From an uncultured Actinomycetota bacterium (lineage in GTDB: Bacteria; Actinomycetota; Actinomycetes; S36-B12; UBA10799): a stretch of 64,000 nt of DNA. The translations under genes and the position numbers were made by a program. The stretch spans positions 166,245 to 230,244 of the forward strand of contig CAVTCZ010000009.1 of the NCBI GenBank assembly GCA_963733395.1, written 5' to 3'. Each line of letters opens with the position of its first letter. Within the stretch, counting starts at the first letter, position 1. Below, piece by piece: positions 27,128 to 35,633 of the stretch. A model generated the notes under the pieces. The model saw only the letters and a program-made list of their open reading frames with translations, made no database searches and was not told the DNA's origin.

Positions 27128-27997
27128 CTAGCCCAACCAGTCGCGCATGACCGCCGCCGCCTCCTCACCGGCGTCGTCCTGCCAGTAGTGTCCGGCACCG
27201 GCCAACAGGTGGTCCGTGCGCTCGGTGAGGAGCTGCTGCCAGCGCCGCCGTTCACCCTCCCCGAAAGCGATGTCGCCATCGGCCCAGAACAGCAACGACG
27301 GCAACCCCCGAATGGCATCCAGACGGCCTTCGAGGTCCTGCAGGAAGGGCCGGGCAGTACGGATCTCGCGGGGCAGGATGCGGGCCGGAAGTCGGGACTG
27401 CGCGGTGGGGAAGGGCGAGGCGTACATGGCCCTCTCCGCATCGGTCAACTGCCGACGGCGCATCATGCTCGGGATCATGACCTTCACGAAGAGATTCAGT
27501 CGCTGGTTGAGCAGGTCTCCGGTGACCGGCCCACCCATCACCTGCCCGAAGGACTTCGTCCATAGACTGCTGGGCCAGGCCCAGGTGTTGCCGATGACCA
27601 GCCGGGAGTACCGCTGTGGGTCCCGCACCGCGGCTCCCAACCCGATAGGCCCGCCCCAGTCCTGCACGATGACGGTGATGTCTTGCAGATCCAGCGCCGT
27701 GACGAACGACTCGACCACGCAGGAGTGCTCGGCGGCGGCGAATCCATAGCCCTGCCGAGCAGAGGACAAGCCGAAGCCGGGGTAGTCGGGGGCCACACAC
27801 CGGAAATGGTCCGAGAGCCGCGCGATCATGCGGCGGTACAGGAAGCTCCACGTGGGGTTGCCGTGAAGCATGAGAAGTGTCGGCCCGGAGCCGACGTCGA
27901 GGTAGTGGACGTCGTTGCCGTCGATGTCCACCCAGTTGGAGGCATAGGGCAGCAGTTCGGCGTTGAACCAATCCGGTCGTGTGCGCACGGGCGTCAC
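27128..27997 (-). CDS. Haloalkane-dehalogenase-like alpha/beta hydrolase
   Basis: 289-aa ORF with LHGNPTWSFLYR, VQDWGGPIGL (Asp nucleophile elbow) and NTWAWP. Confidence 0.8.
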   Translation of the reverse strand: MTPVRTRPDWFNAELLPYASNWVDIDGNDVHYLDVGSGPTLLMLHGNPTWSFLYRRMIARLSDHFRCVAPDYPGFGLSSARQGYGFAAAEHSCVVESFVTALDLQDITVIVQDWGGPIGLGAAVRDPQRYSRLVIGNTWAWPSSLWTKSFGQVMGGPVTGDLLNQRLNLFVKVMIPSMMRRRQLTDAERAMYASPFPTAQSRLPARILPREIRTARPFLQDLEGRLDAIRGLPSLLFWADGDIAFGEGERRRWQQLLTERTDHLLAGAGHYWQDDAGEEAAAVMRDWLG

Positions 27998-28028
27998 TAT
28001 AGGTCTGGTGTGAGTCCGAGGTCTGAGG

Positions 28029-28130
28029 CTACGCCTCCGGGATCATCACGATCGCGTCCGACGGGCACACTCCGACGCACATGCCGCAGCCCTTGCAGTA
28101 GCCGACGCGGCGGTAGGAGACGACCGGCGC
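28029..28130 (-). pseudogene. Relic of the C-terminal 4Fe-4S domain of an oxidoreductase
   Basis: The minus strand gives ...QRTGAPVVSYRRVGYCKGCGMCVGVCPSDAIVMIPEA*, with a CxxCxxCxxxCP motif and very high GC3. There is no plausible start, and the upstream residues of the 81-aa track ORF look non-coding. Confidence 0.4.
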
Positions 28131-28338
28131 CCCGGTGCGCTGCAAGCCCGAAACTGGGGAAGGCCTGCGCGTGGTGGCCACGGCGGAAAGCGGCCACACT
28201 GAGCAGTTCCGCAGCCGTGACCACCCCTGTCCACCTCGGCCGTGGTTGCGGGTCTGGAACACCCCCCACCGCACTCCGCCGCGCGACCCGGTTGAGGTCT
28301 ACCGGGCACAAGTCACCCCAAGCAATAGGCTGACCGGC

Positions 28339-28827
28339 ATGGAGGGTTTCCCGCCGCAGGTCCGCAAGGTGGCGGCCACGCTTTCGGACCTCGGTGTCCG
28401 GGACCGCATCCGGCAACTCCCCGATTCCGCAGCCACCGCGGCCTCGGCCGCCCAGGCCCTCGACGTGGACAAGGCCGCCATCGCCAACTCGTTGGTCTTC
28501 GAGGCCGATGGCAGGCCACTGCTGGTCATCATCTCCGGTGCGCACCGAGCCGACCTGCTGAAGTTGGCATCCCTCACGGACAGCAGGCGGGTGAACCGGG
28601 CGGACCCGTCGTTCGTCCGCCTGCACACCGGCCAGCCGATCGGTGGGGTGTCACCGCTGGGCCATCCACGCCCCATCGAGACCCTCGTGGACGTCACCCT
28701 CTCGCGGCAGCGGGGGGTGTGGGCCAGTGCCGGCCACCCGCAATATGTCTTCCGCACCAGTTACGACGAACTGCTGCGGATCACGGCGGGCAACGCCGGC
28801 GAGGTGGGCGAGGCCCCGGCAGAATGA
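28339..28827 (+). CDS. YbaK/EbsC-type aminoacyl-tRNA editing domain protein
   Basis: ATG 28339. MEGFPPQVRKVAATLSDLGVRDRIRQLPDSAATAASAAQALDVDKAAIANSLVF...GGVSPLGHP is a YbaK-like pattern. Confidence 0.7.
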   Translation: MEGFPPQVRKVAATLSDLGVRDRIRQLPDSAATAASAAQALDVDKAAIANSLVFEADGRPLLVIISGAHRADLLKLASLTDSRRVNRADPSFVRLHTGQPIGGVSPLGHPRPIETLVDVTLSRQRGVWASAGHPQYVFRTSYDELLRITAGNAGEVGEAPAE

Positions 28828-29486
28828 CGGTCCTGCTCGATCTCTGGACCGTGCCCCGCCGGGCCGTACCCCGGGCTTTCTGGCGGATGGCACGCGATCC
28901 GTCGCTGCTCTCGGACATCCCGAACCTCAGCTTCCACAAGTCCCTGGGTACCGGCGCGGGCCGCCGGTTCACCGCCCGGGATGCCGACCTGCGGCAGTGG
29001 GCGTTGCTCACGTGCTGGTCCGGGCCGGAAGCCGCTCTGGAACCCGCGGTTCGGCGATGGGACCGCATAGCCATGACCCACACTCGCTTTCGGCTGGCCG
29101 CCATCGCCAGCCACGGCCAGTGGTCGGGCCGGGAGCCGTTCCCGGCCGAGCCGGGGATGGCTGCCCACGACGGTCCGGTTGCCGCCATCACCCGGGCCCG
29201 CGTCCGGGTCGGACAGTGGCGGCAGTTCCAGCGGGCGGTCCCGCCGGTTGCCGAGCTCCTGCACACCCAGCCCGGACTGCTCTACCGCATCGGTATCGGC
29301 GAGGCCCCGATCGGATTGCAGGGAACGTTCAGCGTGTGGCGGGATGCTGCCGCGCTGCGGGACTTCGCCTACGCACAACCCGCCCACCGCGCGGTGATCG
29401 AACAGACGCGGGCGACCGGCTGGTACGCAGAGGAACTCTTCGCCCGCTTCGCCGTGCTGGAAGTCACCGGGGATGCCGCGTGGTGA
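28824..29486 (+). CDS. Protein of the family often annotated as spheroidene monooxygenase (CrtA-like) in actinobacterial crt clusters
   Basis: ATG 28824 (ATGA overlap). MTVLLDLWTVPRRAVPRAFWRMARD... Translationally coupled to the downstream carotenoid genes. The family assignment is from memory only. Confidence 0.4.
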   Translation: MTVLLDLWTVPRRAVPRAFWRMARDPSLLSDIPNLSFHKSLGTGAGRRFTARDADLRQWALLTCWSGPEAALEPAVRRWDRIAMTHTRFRLAAIASHGQWSGREPFPAEPGMAAHDGPVAAITRARVRVGQWRQFQRAVPPVAELLHTQPGLLYRIGIGEAPIGLQGTFSVWRDAAALRDFAYAQPAHRAVIEQTRATGWYAEELFARFAVLEVTGDAAW

Positions 29487-30229
29487 CGGCGACGACCCAG
29501 CGGCTGGGCGCCGTGCCGGTCGTCCTGACCGGCGCGAGCATCCTCGCCCAGATCGGCTGGATCCTGGTCCCCGCGGAGCAGCGGCAGGGGATCACGACCC
29601 TGGTCGTCGTGCTGTTCACCGCTGCCAGCCTCAGCCACGCCTTCGTGGAGTTCGGCGGCCGGTGGACTGCCGCCTTCGCCGGGATCGCGGCAGGGTTCGG
29701 GCTGGCGATCGAACTCCTCGGGCACACCACGGACATCCCGTTCGGCGCCTACTACTACACCGACCAGTTGCAGCCCCAGGTGCTGGGCGTACCGGTCATC
29801 GTCCCGCTCGCGTGGCTGATGATGTCGTACCCGGCACTGCTTCTGGCCCGCTGCGTGACGACCCGCTGGGTGGTCCCGCTGGCGGCGGTGGGCTTGACCG
29901 CGTGGGACTTCTTCCTCGACCCGCAGATGGTCGGTGAGGGCTACTGGGTCTGGGAATCGCCGACCCCGGCGCTGCCCGGCATCCCGGGTATCCCGCTGCA
30001 GAACTACGCCGGCTGGCTGCTCGGCACGCTGCTGCTCATGTGGCTGCTGAACCGGTTGCCCCATCGCGAGGTCGATCTGCGGGTGCCGCTGGTGCTGTAC
30101 GTATGGATGTGGATCGGTGGCATCGTCGCCAACGCCGTGTTCCTCGGGCGTCCGGGGGTGGCACTCGTCGGCGGTGCCGGGATGGCGGTCCTGGGCGTGC
30201 CGGCGCTGCTGGCGTGGCGGCGAAGATGA
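29483..30229 (+). CDS. Carotenoid biosynthesis membrane protein (DUF422 / CruF-like 1',2'-hydratase family)
   Basis: GTG 29483 (GTGA overlap). A 248-aa polytopic protein containing GFGLAIELLGHTTDIPFGAYYYT and AWDFFLDPQMV. Confidence 0.6.
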   Translation: MTATTQRLGAVPVVLTGASILAQIGWILVPAEQRQGITTLVVVLFTAASLSHAFVEFGGRWTAAFAGIAAGFGLAIELLGHTTDIPFGAYYYTDQLQPQVLGVPVIVPLAWLMMSYPALLLARCVTTRWVVPLAAVGLTAWDFFLDPQMVGEGYWVWESPTPALPGIPGIPLQNYAGWLLGTLLLMWLLNRLPHREVDLRVPLVLYVWMWIGGIVANAVFLGRPGVALVGGAGMAVLGVPALLAWRRR

Positions 30230-31302
30230 GGGTCATGCGAAACGTGGTGCGCGCCGCCGCGGCCGGTGCTGCCGCAGCCACCGCATTGAGCCTGCTGAAT
30301 CTGCGCCACCTGCGCACCCCCACGGGCGCTACGAGCGACGCGCGCATCAGCGTGCTGGTTCCGGCCCGCGACGAGGCGCAACGGATCGGCCCCACGCTGC
30401 GCAGCCTGCAGCGTTTGCGCGGCGTTGCACAGATCCTGGTGCTGGACGACAACTCCAGCGATGGCACCGCCGACCTGGTGCGGGCGGCGGGTCTGGCCCT
30501 GATCGCAGGCACGCAGGAGCCGCCCCCCGGCTGGTTGGGCAAACCCTGGGCCTGCCAACGTCTCGCCGAAGCTGCCACCGGCGACGTACTGGCGTTCATC
30601 GACGCCGACGTCGAACTCGCTGCCGACGCCGCGGTCCAAGCGGCCGGACTACTCGCGGACGTGGACCTCGTGTGTCCCTACCCCCGGCAGGTCACGCACG
30701 GCTGGTTGCAGCGCCTCGTCCAGCCGCTGTTGCAGTGGTCCTGGCTGACGTTCCTGCCACTGCGACTGTCCGAGACCGCACAGCATCCGCTGCTCTCCGC
30801 CGGAAACGGCCAGTTCCTGGTCACGCGCCGGGACGCCTACTTCGACGCCGGTGGCCACGCAGCGGTCCGGGACCAGGTGCTCGAGGACCTGGCACTCGTG
30901 CGCAGATTCAAGGCTGCCGGACATCGGGTGGCGATGGCCGACGGCACCCAGATGGCCACCTGCCACATGTACTCCTCGGACGCGGATCTGGCCGCGGGCT
31001 ACACCAAGTCGCTGCACGCCGCGTTCGGCCCGCCGGTCGTTCTCCTGTTGGGATTCCTCTACGTCGTGCCGCCGGTGGCTGCCCTGCTGGCGCGAGACCG
31101 GCGCACCCGCCTGGCCGGTCTCGCCGGGTACACCGTCGCAGTGGCCGGCCGGGTCGTGGTGGCCCGGCGCACCGGCCAACCGGTTCCCGACGCGGCCGCC
31201 CATCCGGCGTCGATCGTGGCGCTGGCCGGGTTGTACGCGCGCTCAGTCCTGGCGAACCGCCGCGGCACCATCACCTGGCGGGGTCGGGCGCTACCGAGAT
31301 AG
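30226..31302 (+). CDS. GT2 glycosyltransferase (CruC/CrtX-like carotenoid glycosyltransferase candidate)
   Basis: ATG 30226 (ATGA overlap). Contains ISVLVPARDEA, LVLDDNSSDGT and AFIDADV (DxD). It is the last gene of the ybaK-crt operon. Confidence 0.7.
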   Translation: MRVMRNVVRAAAAGAAAATALSLLNLRHLRTPTGATSDARISVLVPARDEAQRIGPTLRSLQRLRGVAQILVLDDNSSDGTADLVRAAGLALIAGTQEPPPGWLGKPWACQRLAEAATGDVLAFIDADVELAADAAVQAAGLLADVDLVCPYPRQVTHGWLQRLVQPLLQWSWLTFLPLRLSETAQHPLLSAGNGQFLVTRRDAYFDAGGHAAVRDQVLEDLALVRRFKAAGHRVAMADGTQMATCHMYSSDADLAAGYTKSLHAAFGPPVVLLLGFLYVVPPVAALLARDRRTRLAGLAGYTVAVAGRVVVARRTGQPVPDAAAHPASIVALAGLYARSVLANRRGTITWRGRALPR

Positions 31303-31364
31303 CCCTGGCGTGCCCATGCGGCATTAGTGGGCGTGCGTCGCTGTTGCCGTGACGGGCTGCCGCC

Positions 31365-31541
31365 GCCGCGGGCGGTCTTTGTGACGACGTTGCGCGCCTG
31401 TCCGGCTGGTTCGTCACGAAGGTGCGCGGTCGAACCGCCCGGCAGCCCACAACGTCGTGACAAACCGCCCTGCGGACCCCACAACATCGTCACGAACGCC
31501 CGTGCCGGCCCGGGAAGTCCGCCCCGACCCCGGCCAGCGGG
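31365..31541 (+). repeat. Family-A intergenic repeat, copy A1 (~177 bp, MITE-like, terminal inverted repeats)
   Basis: Almost identical to 49705..49883 and, in reverse complement, to 44475..44662. Left end is GGGCGGTCTTTGTGACGACGTTG and right end is CAACATCGTCACGAACGCCCG. An internal 32-bp phased unit, ACAACGTCGTGACAAACCGCCC (31449) and ACAACATCGTCACGAACGCCC (31481), is present. Confidence 0.85.
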
Positions 31542-31583
31542 CCAGGCCACACCGCCGACGAGATCGGCGCCACCAGACACGCC

Positions 31584-32315
31584 CTAGTGCCGCACCGCAT
31601 GACCGAACAACACCGGCTGGCCGGTCACCGCCGACCAGTAACGGGTGCCGTACTCCCAGTGCCACCACTCCTGCGGGTGTTGCACGAAGCCCGCCGCGGC
31701 CATGACCGACGCGAGCAGCCGCCGCAGGTCGCGGGCAAGAGCGGGACCGTCGGGCTCGAGCGCCGCCGCGGCGGCTTCCGGCACGAAGGCGTCGAACCGG
31801 GTTCCCATTTCCAGGGGGTATCCGCACCACGTCAGCGTCAGATCGACGGTGCCACCCGTGGCGTGCGGCGGGCAGCGGCGCGGGTCCGCATCCGGGTAGG
31901 CCACGAAACCCGGCTCCAGGTCACCGTCGCGGTAGACCCGGTCGTGCAGGACCGCCTGCAACCGGGGGTCGCGCCATGCGTCCCATACGGCCAAGCCGAA
32001 GGGCGCCGGCAACCGGTCCAGCGCCGCGAGCAACTGTTCCAGGACCACCGGCCGCAGATAGGCACCGGGCACGGCGAAAGGCCACCCCTCGTGCCAGTAG
32101 GCGCCCAGGACACGGATCCGAGGATGCCCCACCGCCGCCAGGTCACTGAGCGGATCGACCGGCGCGTCGGGCAGGTCCGCGAGCTCAGGCAGGTCGACGA
32201 TCGGCGGCAGGCCTTCGGCCCAATCCCCCCGAGTCAAGCCGATCCTGGCCGGATCAACCCCGGCCCACGCATAGTCCGGAAGCTTCTCGGGAATGGCCTG
32301 CACTCCCCCATCCAA
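31584..32315 (-). CDS. M15-family D-alanyl-D-alanine dipeptidase (VanX/DdpX-like)
   Basis: C-terminal ~240 aa of the 518-aa track ORF, with HATGGTVDL (HxxGxxxD) and EWWHWEY (ExxH). The start is uncertain (TTG 32313-32315 or GTG 32301-32303). The upstream part of the ORF is a shadow of the crtD-like gene. Confidence 0.7.
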   Translation of the reverse strand: MDGGVQAIPEKLPDYAWAGVDPARIGLTRGDWAEGLPPIVDLPELADLPDAPVDPLSDLAAVGHPRIRVLGAYWHEGWPFAVPGAYLRPVVLEQLLAALDRLPAPFGLAVWDAWRDPRLQAVLHDRVYRDGDLEPGFVAYPDADPRRCPPHATGGTVDLTLTWCGYPLEMGTRFDAFVPEAAAAALEPDGPALARDLRRLLASVMAAAGFVQHPQEWWHWEYGTRYWSAVTGQPVLFGHAVRH

Positions 32316-32336
32316 CCGCGCGGATAGCCTGTTGGC

Positions 32337-33809
32337 GTGGCGAGGGTGGCGGTTGTGGGCGCTGGAATGGGCGGCCTGGCGGTGGCTGCGCGGTTGGCGG
32401 CCAAGGGCCACACCGTGACAGTCGTCGAGCAATGGTCCGGACCGGGGGGCAAGAACGCAGGCCTGGAACGTGACGGCTTCCGCTTCGACCTGGGACCGAG
32501 CACGCTCACGCTGCCCGCGGTGTACCGGGACCTCTTCTTGAAGACCGGCCGCAGCCTCGAGGACACCGTCGATCTGCTGGAGGTGGATCCGGCCTTCGGC
32601 TACCACTTCGCCGACGGCACGTCGGTGACACTGCCCGGCGCCGGCATCGGGAAATGTGCGAACGCCCTGCAGGATGCCCTCGGTGGCGACACCGGCCATG
32701 AGTGGCGGGCCTTGCTGCGCCGAGCCGGGGAGATCTGGTCGCTGACCCGCAACGATGTCCTGGGCCGCGCCCTCGACGGCTACCGGGACCTGCTGCCCCT
32801 GGCGAAGTCCCGCCGCAGCCTGCGCACGGTGGCTCCGTGGCAGACCATGCGCAGCCTCGGCAACGCCACCCTGCAGGACCCGCGCGCCCGGATGATCCTG
32901 GACCGCTACGCCACGTACACCGGCTCCGATCCCCGCCGCTGTCCGGCTGCTCTGGTGACCATCCCGTTCGTCGAGGAGACCTTCGGCGTGTGGCACATCG
33001 CGGGCGGGTTGCACACCCTGGCCGCCGCCCTGCACCAGCGCTGCACCGATCTCGGCGTCACCTTCCGTTTCGACACCCGCGTGGACCGGATCCTGACCGA
33101 CGAGCGCGGGGTGATCGGGGTGGACGCTGGGGGCGAACACCTCCCGGCCGACGTCGTGGTCGCCGACGCCGACGCCCGGCTCGTGTACGGGGAGTTGCTC
33201 GACGATGCGCGCACACGCGTCCCGCGACAGCGGCTCGGGCGCATGCAGCCGTCATTCTCCGGCTTCGTGCTGCTCCTGGCCGTCGACGGGAACACTGCGG
33301 GCATCCGCCACCACAACGTCTGGTTCCCGGCGGACTACGACGCGGAGTTCGACGGCCTGTTCGCCAAGCACCCAGCGCCCGTGGCCGATCCTGCGATCTA
33401 CGCGTGTGTGCCGGACGACCCCGCCATGCGCCCCGACGGCTGCGAGTCCTGGTTCATCCTGGTCAACGCGCCCACCCAACAGCCACCGGCGCTCGACTGG
33501 AACGCCGTCGGTCAGCAGTACGCCGATCACATCCTGGACGTGCTCGCCGCCCGCGGCGTGGACCTGCGCGAGCGCATCCGGTGGCGTGAGGTGCGCACGC
33601 CGGCCGATCTGGAGCGCACGACCGTGTCCCCGGGCGGGAGCATCTACGGCATGTCGAGCAACGGCCGGTTGTCCACCGCCCTACGCCCGTCGAACCGCAG
33701 CCCGGTGCCGGGGCTGTTCCTGGTCGGGGGCTCGGCCCATCCCGGTGGCGGGCTGCCGCTGGTGGGGATGGGTGCGGAGATCGTGGCCGAGGAGATCGGG
33801 CGGGCCTGA
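32337..33809 (+). CDS. Phytoene desaturase-family FAD oxidoreductase (CrtD-like candidate)
   Basis: 490-aa ORF with the VAVVGAGMGGLAVAARLAAKGHTVTVVE dinucleotide fold and the CrtI-family C-terminus GGSAHPGGGLPLVGMG. Confidence 0.75.
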   Translation: MARVAVVGAGMGGLAVAARLAAKGHTVTVVEQWSGPGGKNAGLERDGFRFDLGPSTLTLPAVYRDLFLKTGRSLEDTVDLLEVDPAFGYHFADGTSVTLPGAGIGKCANALQDALGGDTGHEWRALLRRAGEIWSLTRNDVLGRALDGYRDLLPLAKSRRSLRTVAPWQTMRSLGNATLQDPRARMILDRYATYTGSDPRRCPAALVTIPFVEETFGVWHIAGGLHTLAAALHQRCTDLGVTFRFDTRVDRILTDERGVIGVDAGGEHLPADVVVADADARLVYGELLDDARTRVPRQRLGRMQPSFSGFVLLLAVDGNTAGIRHHNVWFPADYDAEFDGLFAKHPAPVADPAIYACVPDDPAMRPDGCESWFILVNAPTQQPPALDWNAVGQQYADHILDVLAARGVDLRERIRWREVRTPADLERTTVSPGGSIYGMSSNGRLSTALRPSNRSPVPGLFLVGGSAHPGGGLPLVGMGAEIVAEEIGRA

Positions 33810-33810
33810 G

Positions 33811-33848
33811 GCGGTTGTCCCGTTGGGGAGCGGTTGTCCCGTTGGTGA
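33811..33848 (+). repeat. Tandem 19-bp duplication immediately after the crtD-like stop codon
   Basis: GCGGTTGTCCCGTTGGGGA followed by GCGGTTGTCCCGTTGGTGA, with one mismatch. Confidence 0.85.
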
Positions 33849-33919
33849 GCAGGTCCGCTCGGGTCCAGACTCCCGCCGGCGCCAACTGGGTTCGCAGCAC
33901 CCCGAACCTCGCCCCCGCT

Positions 33920-34561
33920 TCAGCCCGTGTCGAGCCGGCTCCGGATCGCCCACATCACCTGCCCGAACCCGACGATGGCCACGGCCAGCGCCGCCCAGCC
34001 GCCGATCTGCGCCCAGATGGCGCCAGCCACTGCAGCAGCGATCAGGAACATGCCGGCGATGAGCACCCGGGTGGGCCGCTCCGAGAGGCTGATCACGCCG
34101 ATCTCCGTGAAGCCGACGGCGGTGGCCCGGGCGCGGGTGTACTCCTGCAGGAAGGCGAGGAAGGCCGCCGCGACCGCCGGCCACGGGTTCGACGCCGCCA
34201 GCGCCAAGCCCACCAGCAACGCCGCGTCGCCCACCCGGTCGGCCACGCTGTCCAGCACGTACCCGAAGTCCGAACTCCGGCCGGTCATGATGGCCACGGC
34301 GCCATCGAGGTTGTCGATGATCCCCGCCACCAGCGCGACCACCCCGGCCAGGAATAGCCGGTCGGCGATGACCCAGTAGGGAACGGTCAACGCAACCAGC
34401 ATTCCCAGCACCGTCACCGCGTTCGGGGACATCCGCATCGCAGCCAGCGGCTTGGCCAGCCCGTACGTGATGGTCAACCACCCCTGTACCGGGATCGAGG
34501 TCCGCGGATCGAGACCTCCGTGCAGCACCGCCCAGCGCTCGAAGTAGTCGCCGCGCGTCAC
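33920..34561 (-). CDS. CDP-alcohol phosphatidyltransferase family protein
   Basis: 213-aa ORF with DNLDGAVAIMTGRSSDFGYVLDSVADRVGD (DGx2ARx8Gx3Dx3D-like). Start overlaps the metF stop. Confidence 0.8.
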   Translation of the reverse strand: MTRGDYFERWAVLHGGLDPRTSIPVQGWLTITYGLAKPLAAMRMSPNAVTVLGMLVALTVPYWVIADRLFLAGVVALVAGIIDNLDGAVAIMTGRSSDFGYVLDSVADRVGDAALLVGLALAASNPWPAVAAAFLAFLQEYTRARATAVGFTEIGVISLSERPTRVLIAGMFLIAAAVAGAIWAQIGGWAALAVAIVGFGQVMWAIRSRLDTG

Positions 34562-35445
34562 ACCGTCAAGCCTAGGTCGCGATAGACCCGCAACGTGGAG
34601 AACGAACGGTTAAGAGTGTAGAAATGTAAGCCCGGCGCGCCACCCTCCAACAGGTGCGCGCACAACCGCGACGCCTGCTCCACACCGAGTTCCACCACGG
34701 CCGCCGGATCGTCGGCCACCTGCTCGAACTGCTCGATCATGGCTGCCGGCAACGGCGTGCCGGACAGTTGCGCGAAGCGCTGGATCTGCCGGACATTTGT
34801 CACCGGCATGATGCCGGGGATGATCGGCATGGTCACGCCCGCCGCCTGTGCCGCCTCGACCAGGCGAAAGTACGAGTCCGCCGAGAAGAAGAACTGCGTC
34901 ATCGCGAACTCGGCACCGCGCTCCTGCTTGGCCTTGAGTACCTGCACGTCGAAGTCCAGCGACGGCGAGCCCGGGTGCACGTCGGGGAATGCCGCAACAC
35001 CGACGTGGAAGTCCCCGAGCTGCGAGATGAGTGCCACCAATTCGTCGGCGTGCTCCAGCCCGCCGGCGGTCGACGACCATTCCCCCTGCGGACCGCCCGG
35101 CGGGTCGCCCCTCAGCGCCAGGACGTGATGCACCCCGGCGTCGGCGTATGCGGCGATGACCGCCCGCAACTCCGCGACCGTCGAACCGACACATGTGAGG
35201 TGACCCATCGGGGTCAGCGTGGTCTCATGGGCGATCTGTTGGGTGATCGCCACCGTCCGGTCGCGGGTCGTGCCGCCGGCCCCATACGTGACCGAGACCA
35301 GGGTCGGGTGCAACGGCTCGAGCCGACGGATGGCGTCCCACAGGTGCCGCGAACCCTCGTCGGTCTTCGGCGGGAAGAACTCGAAGGAGAAAGACATGCC
35401 GCCGGCATCGATGCGCTCGCGCACGGTCGAGCGGATGGCGGACAT
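34558..35445 (-). CDS. metF: Methylenetetrahydrofolate reductase
   Basis: ATG 35443-35445. MSAIRSTVRERIDAGGMSFSFEFFPPKTDEG...VSVTYGAGGTTRDRT is the MTHFR signature. Confidence 0.88.
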   Translation of the reverse strand: MSAIRSTVRERIDAGGMSFSFEFFPPKTDEGSRHLWDAIRRLEPLHPTLVSVTYGAGGTTRDRTVAITQQIAHETTLTPMGHLTCVGSTVAELRAVIAAYADAGVHHVLALRGDPPGGPQGEWSSTAGGLEHADELVALISQLGDFHVGVAAFPDVHPGSPSLDFDVQVLKAKQERGAEFAMTQFFFSADSYFRLVEAAQAAGVTMPIIPGIMPVTNVRQIQRFAQLSGTPLPAAMIEQFEQVADDPAAVVELGVEQASRLCAHLLEGGAPGLHFYTLNRSFSTLRVYRDLGLTV

Positions 35446-35633
35446 GCAGAGGATTCTAGGCGGTGGGTCAGTCGAACCCGCGAGGCCATCGGCCTTGCCG
35501 CAGCGCGACGATGTCCGGCCGATCGGATGATCGCCCACGACCCGTGCCGGACGGGGCGGACCAACTGCACCCGGCACCAGGAACGGTGGATGCGCAGGTG
35601 CTCGCACTGCCACTTGGCCGTAGATTGGGGAAC

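Noticed and set aside
28029-28274. 81-aa ORF as an intact small ferredoxin gene.
   Set aside because: Only the last ~35 residues look coding. A single CxxCxxCxxxCP motif cannot ligate a cluster alone, and no credible start codon precedes it. I therefore treat it as a relic.
31327-31587. ORFs translated across family-A repeats (31327..31587 +, the start of 49722..50915 +, 31059..31580 -, 49598..50239 -) give similar peptides, suggesting a repeated small protein.
   Set aside because: The similarity follows from nucleotide repetition. The peptides are Pro/Arg-rich, the frames are not preserved in copy A3, and there are no start/RBS signals.
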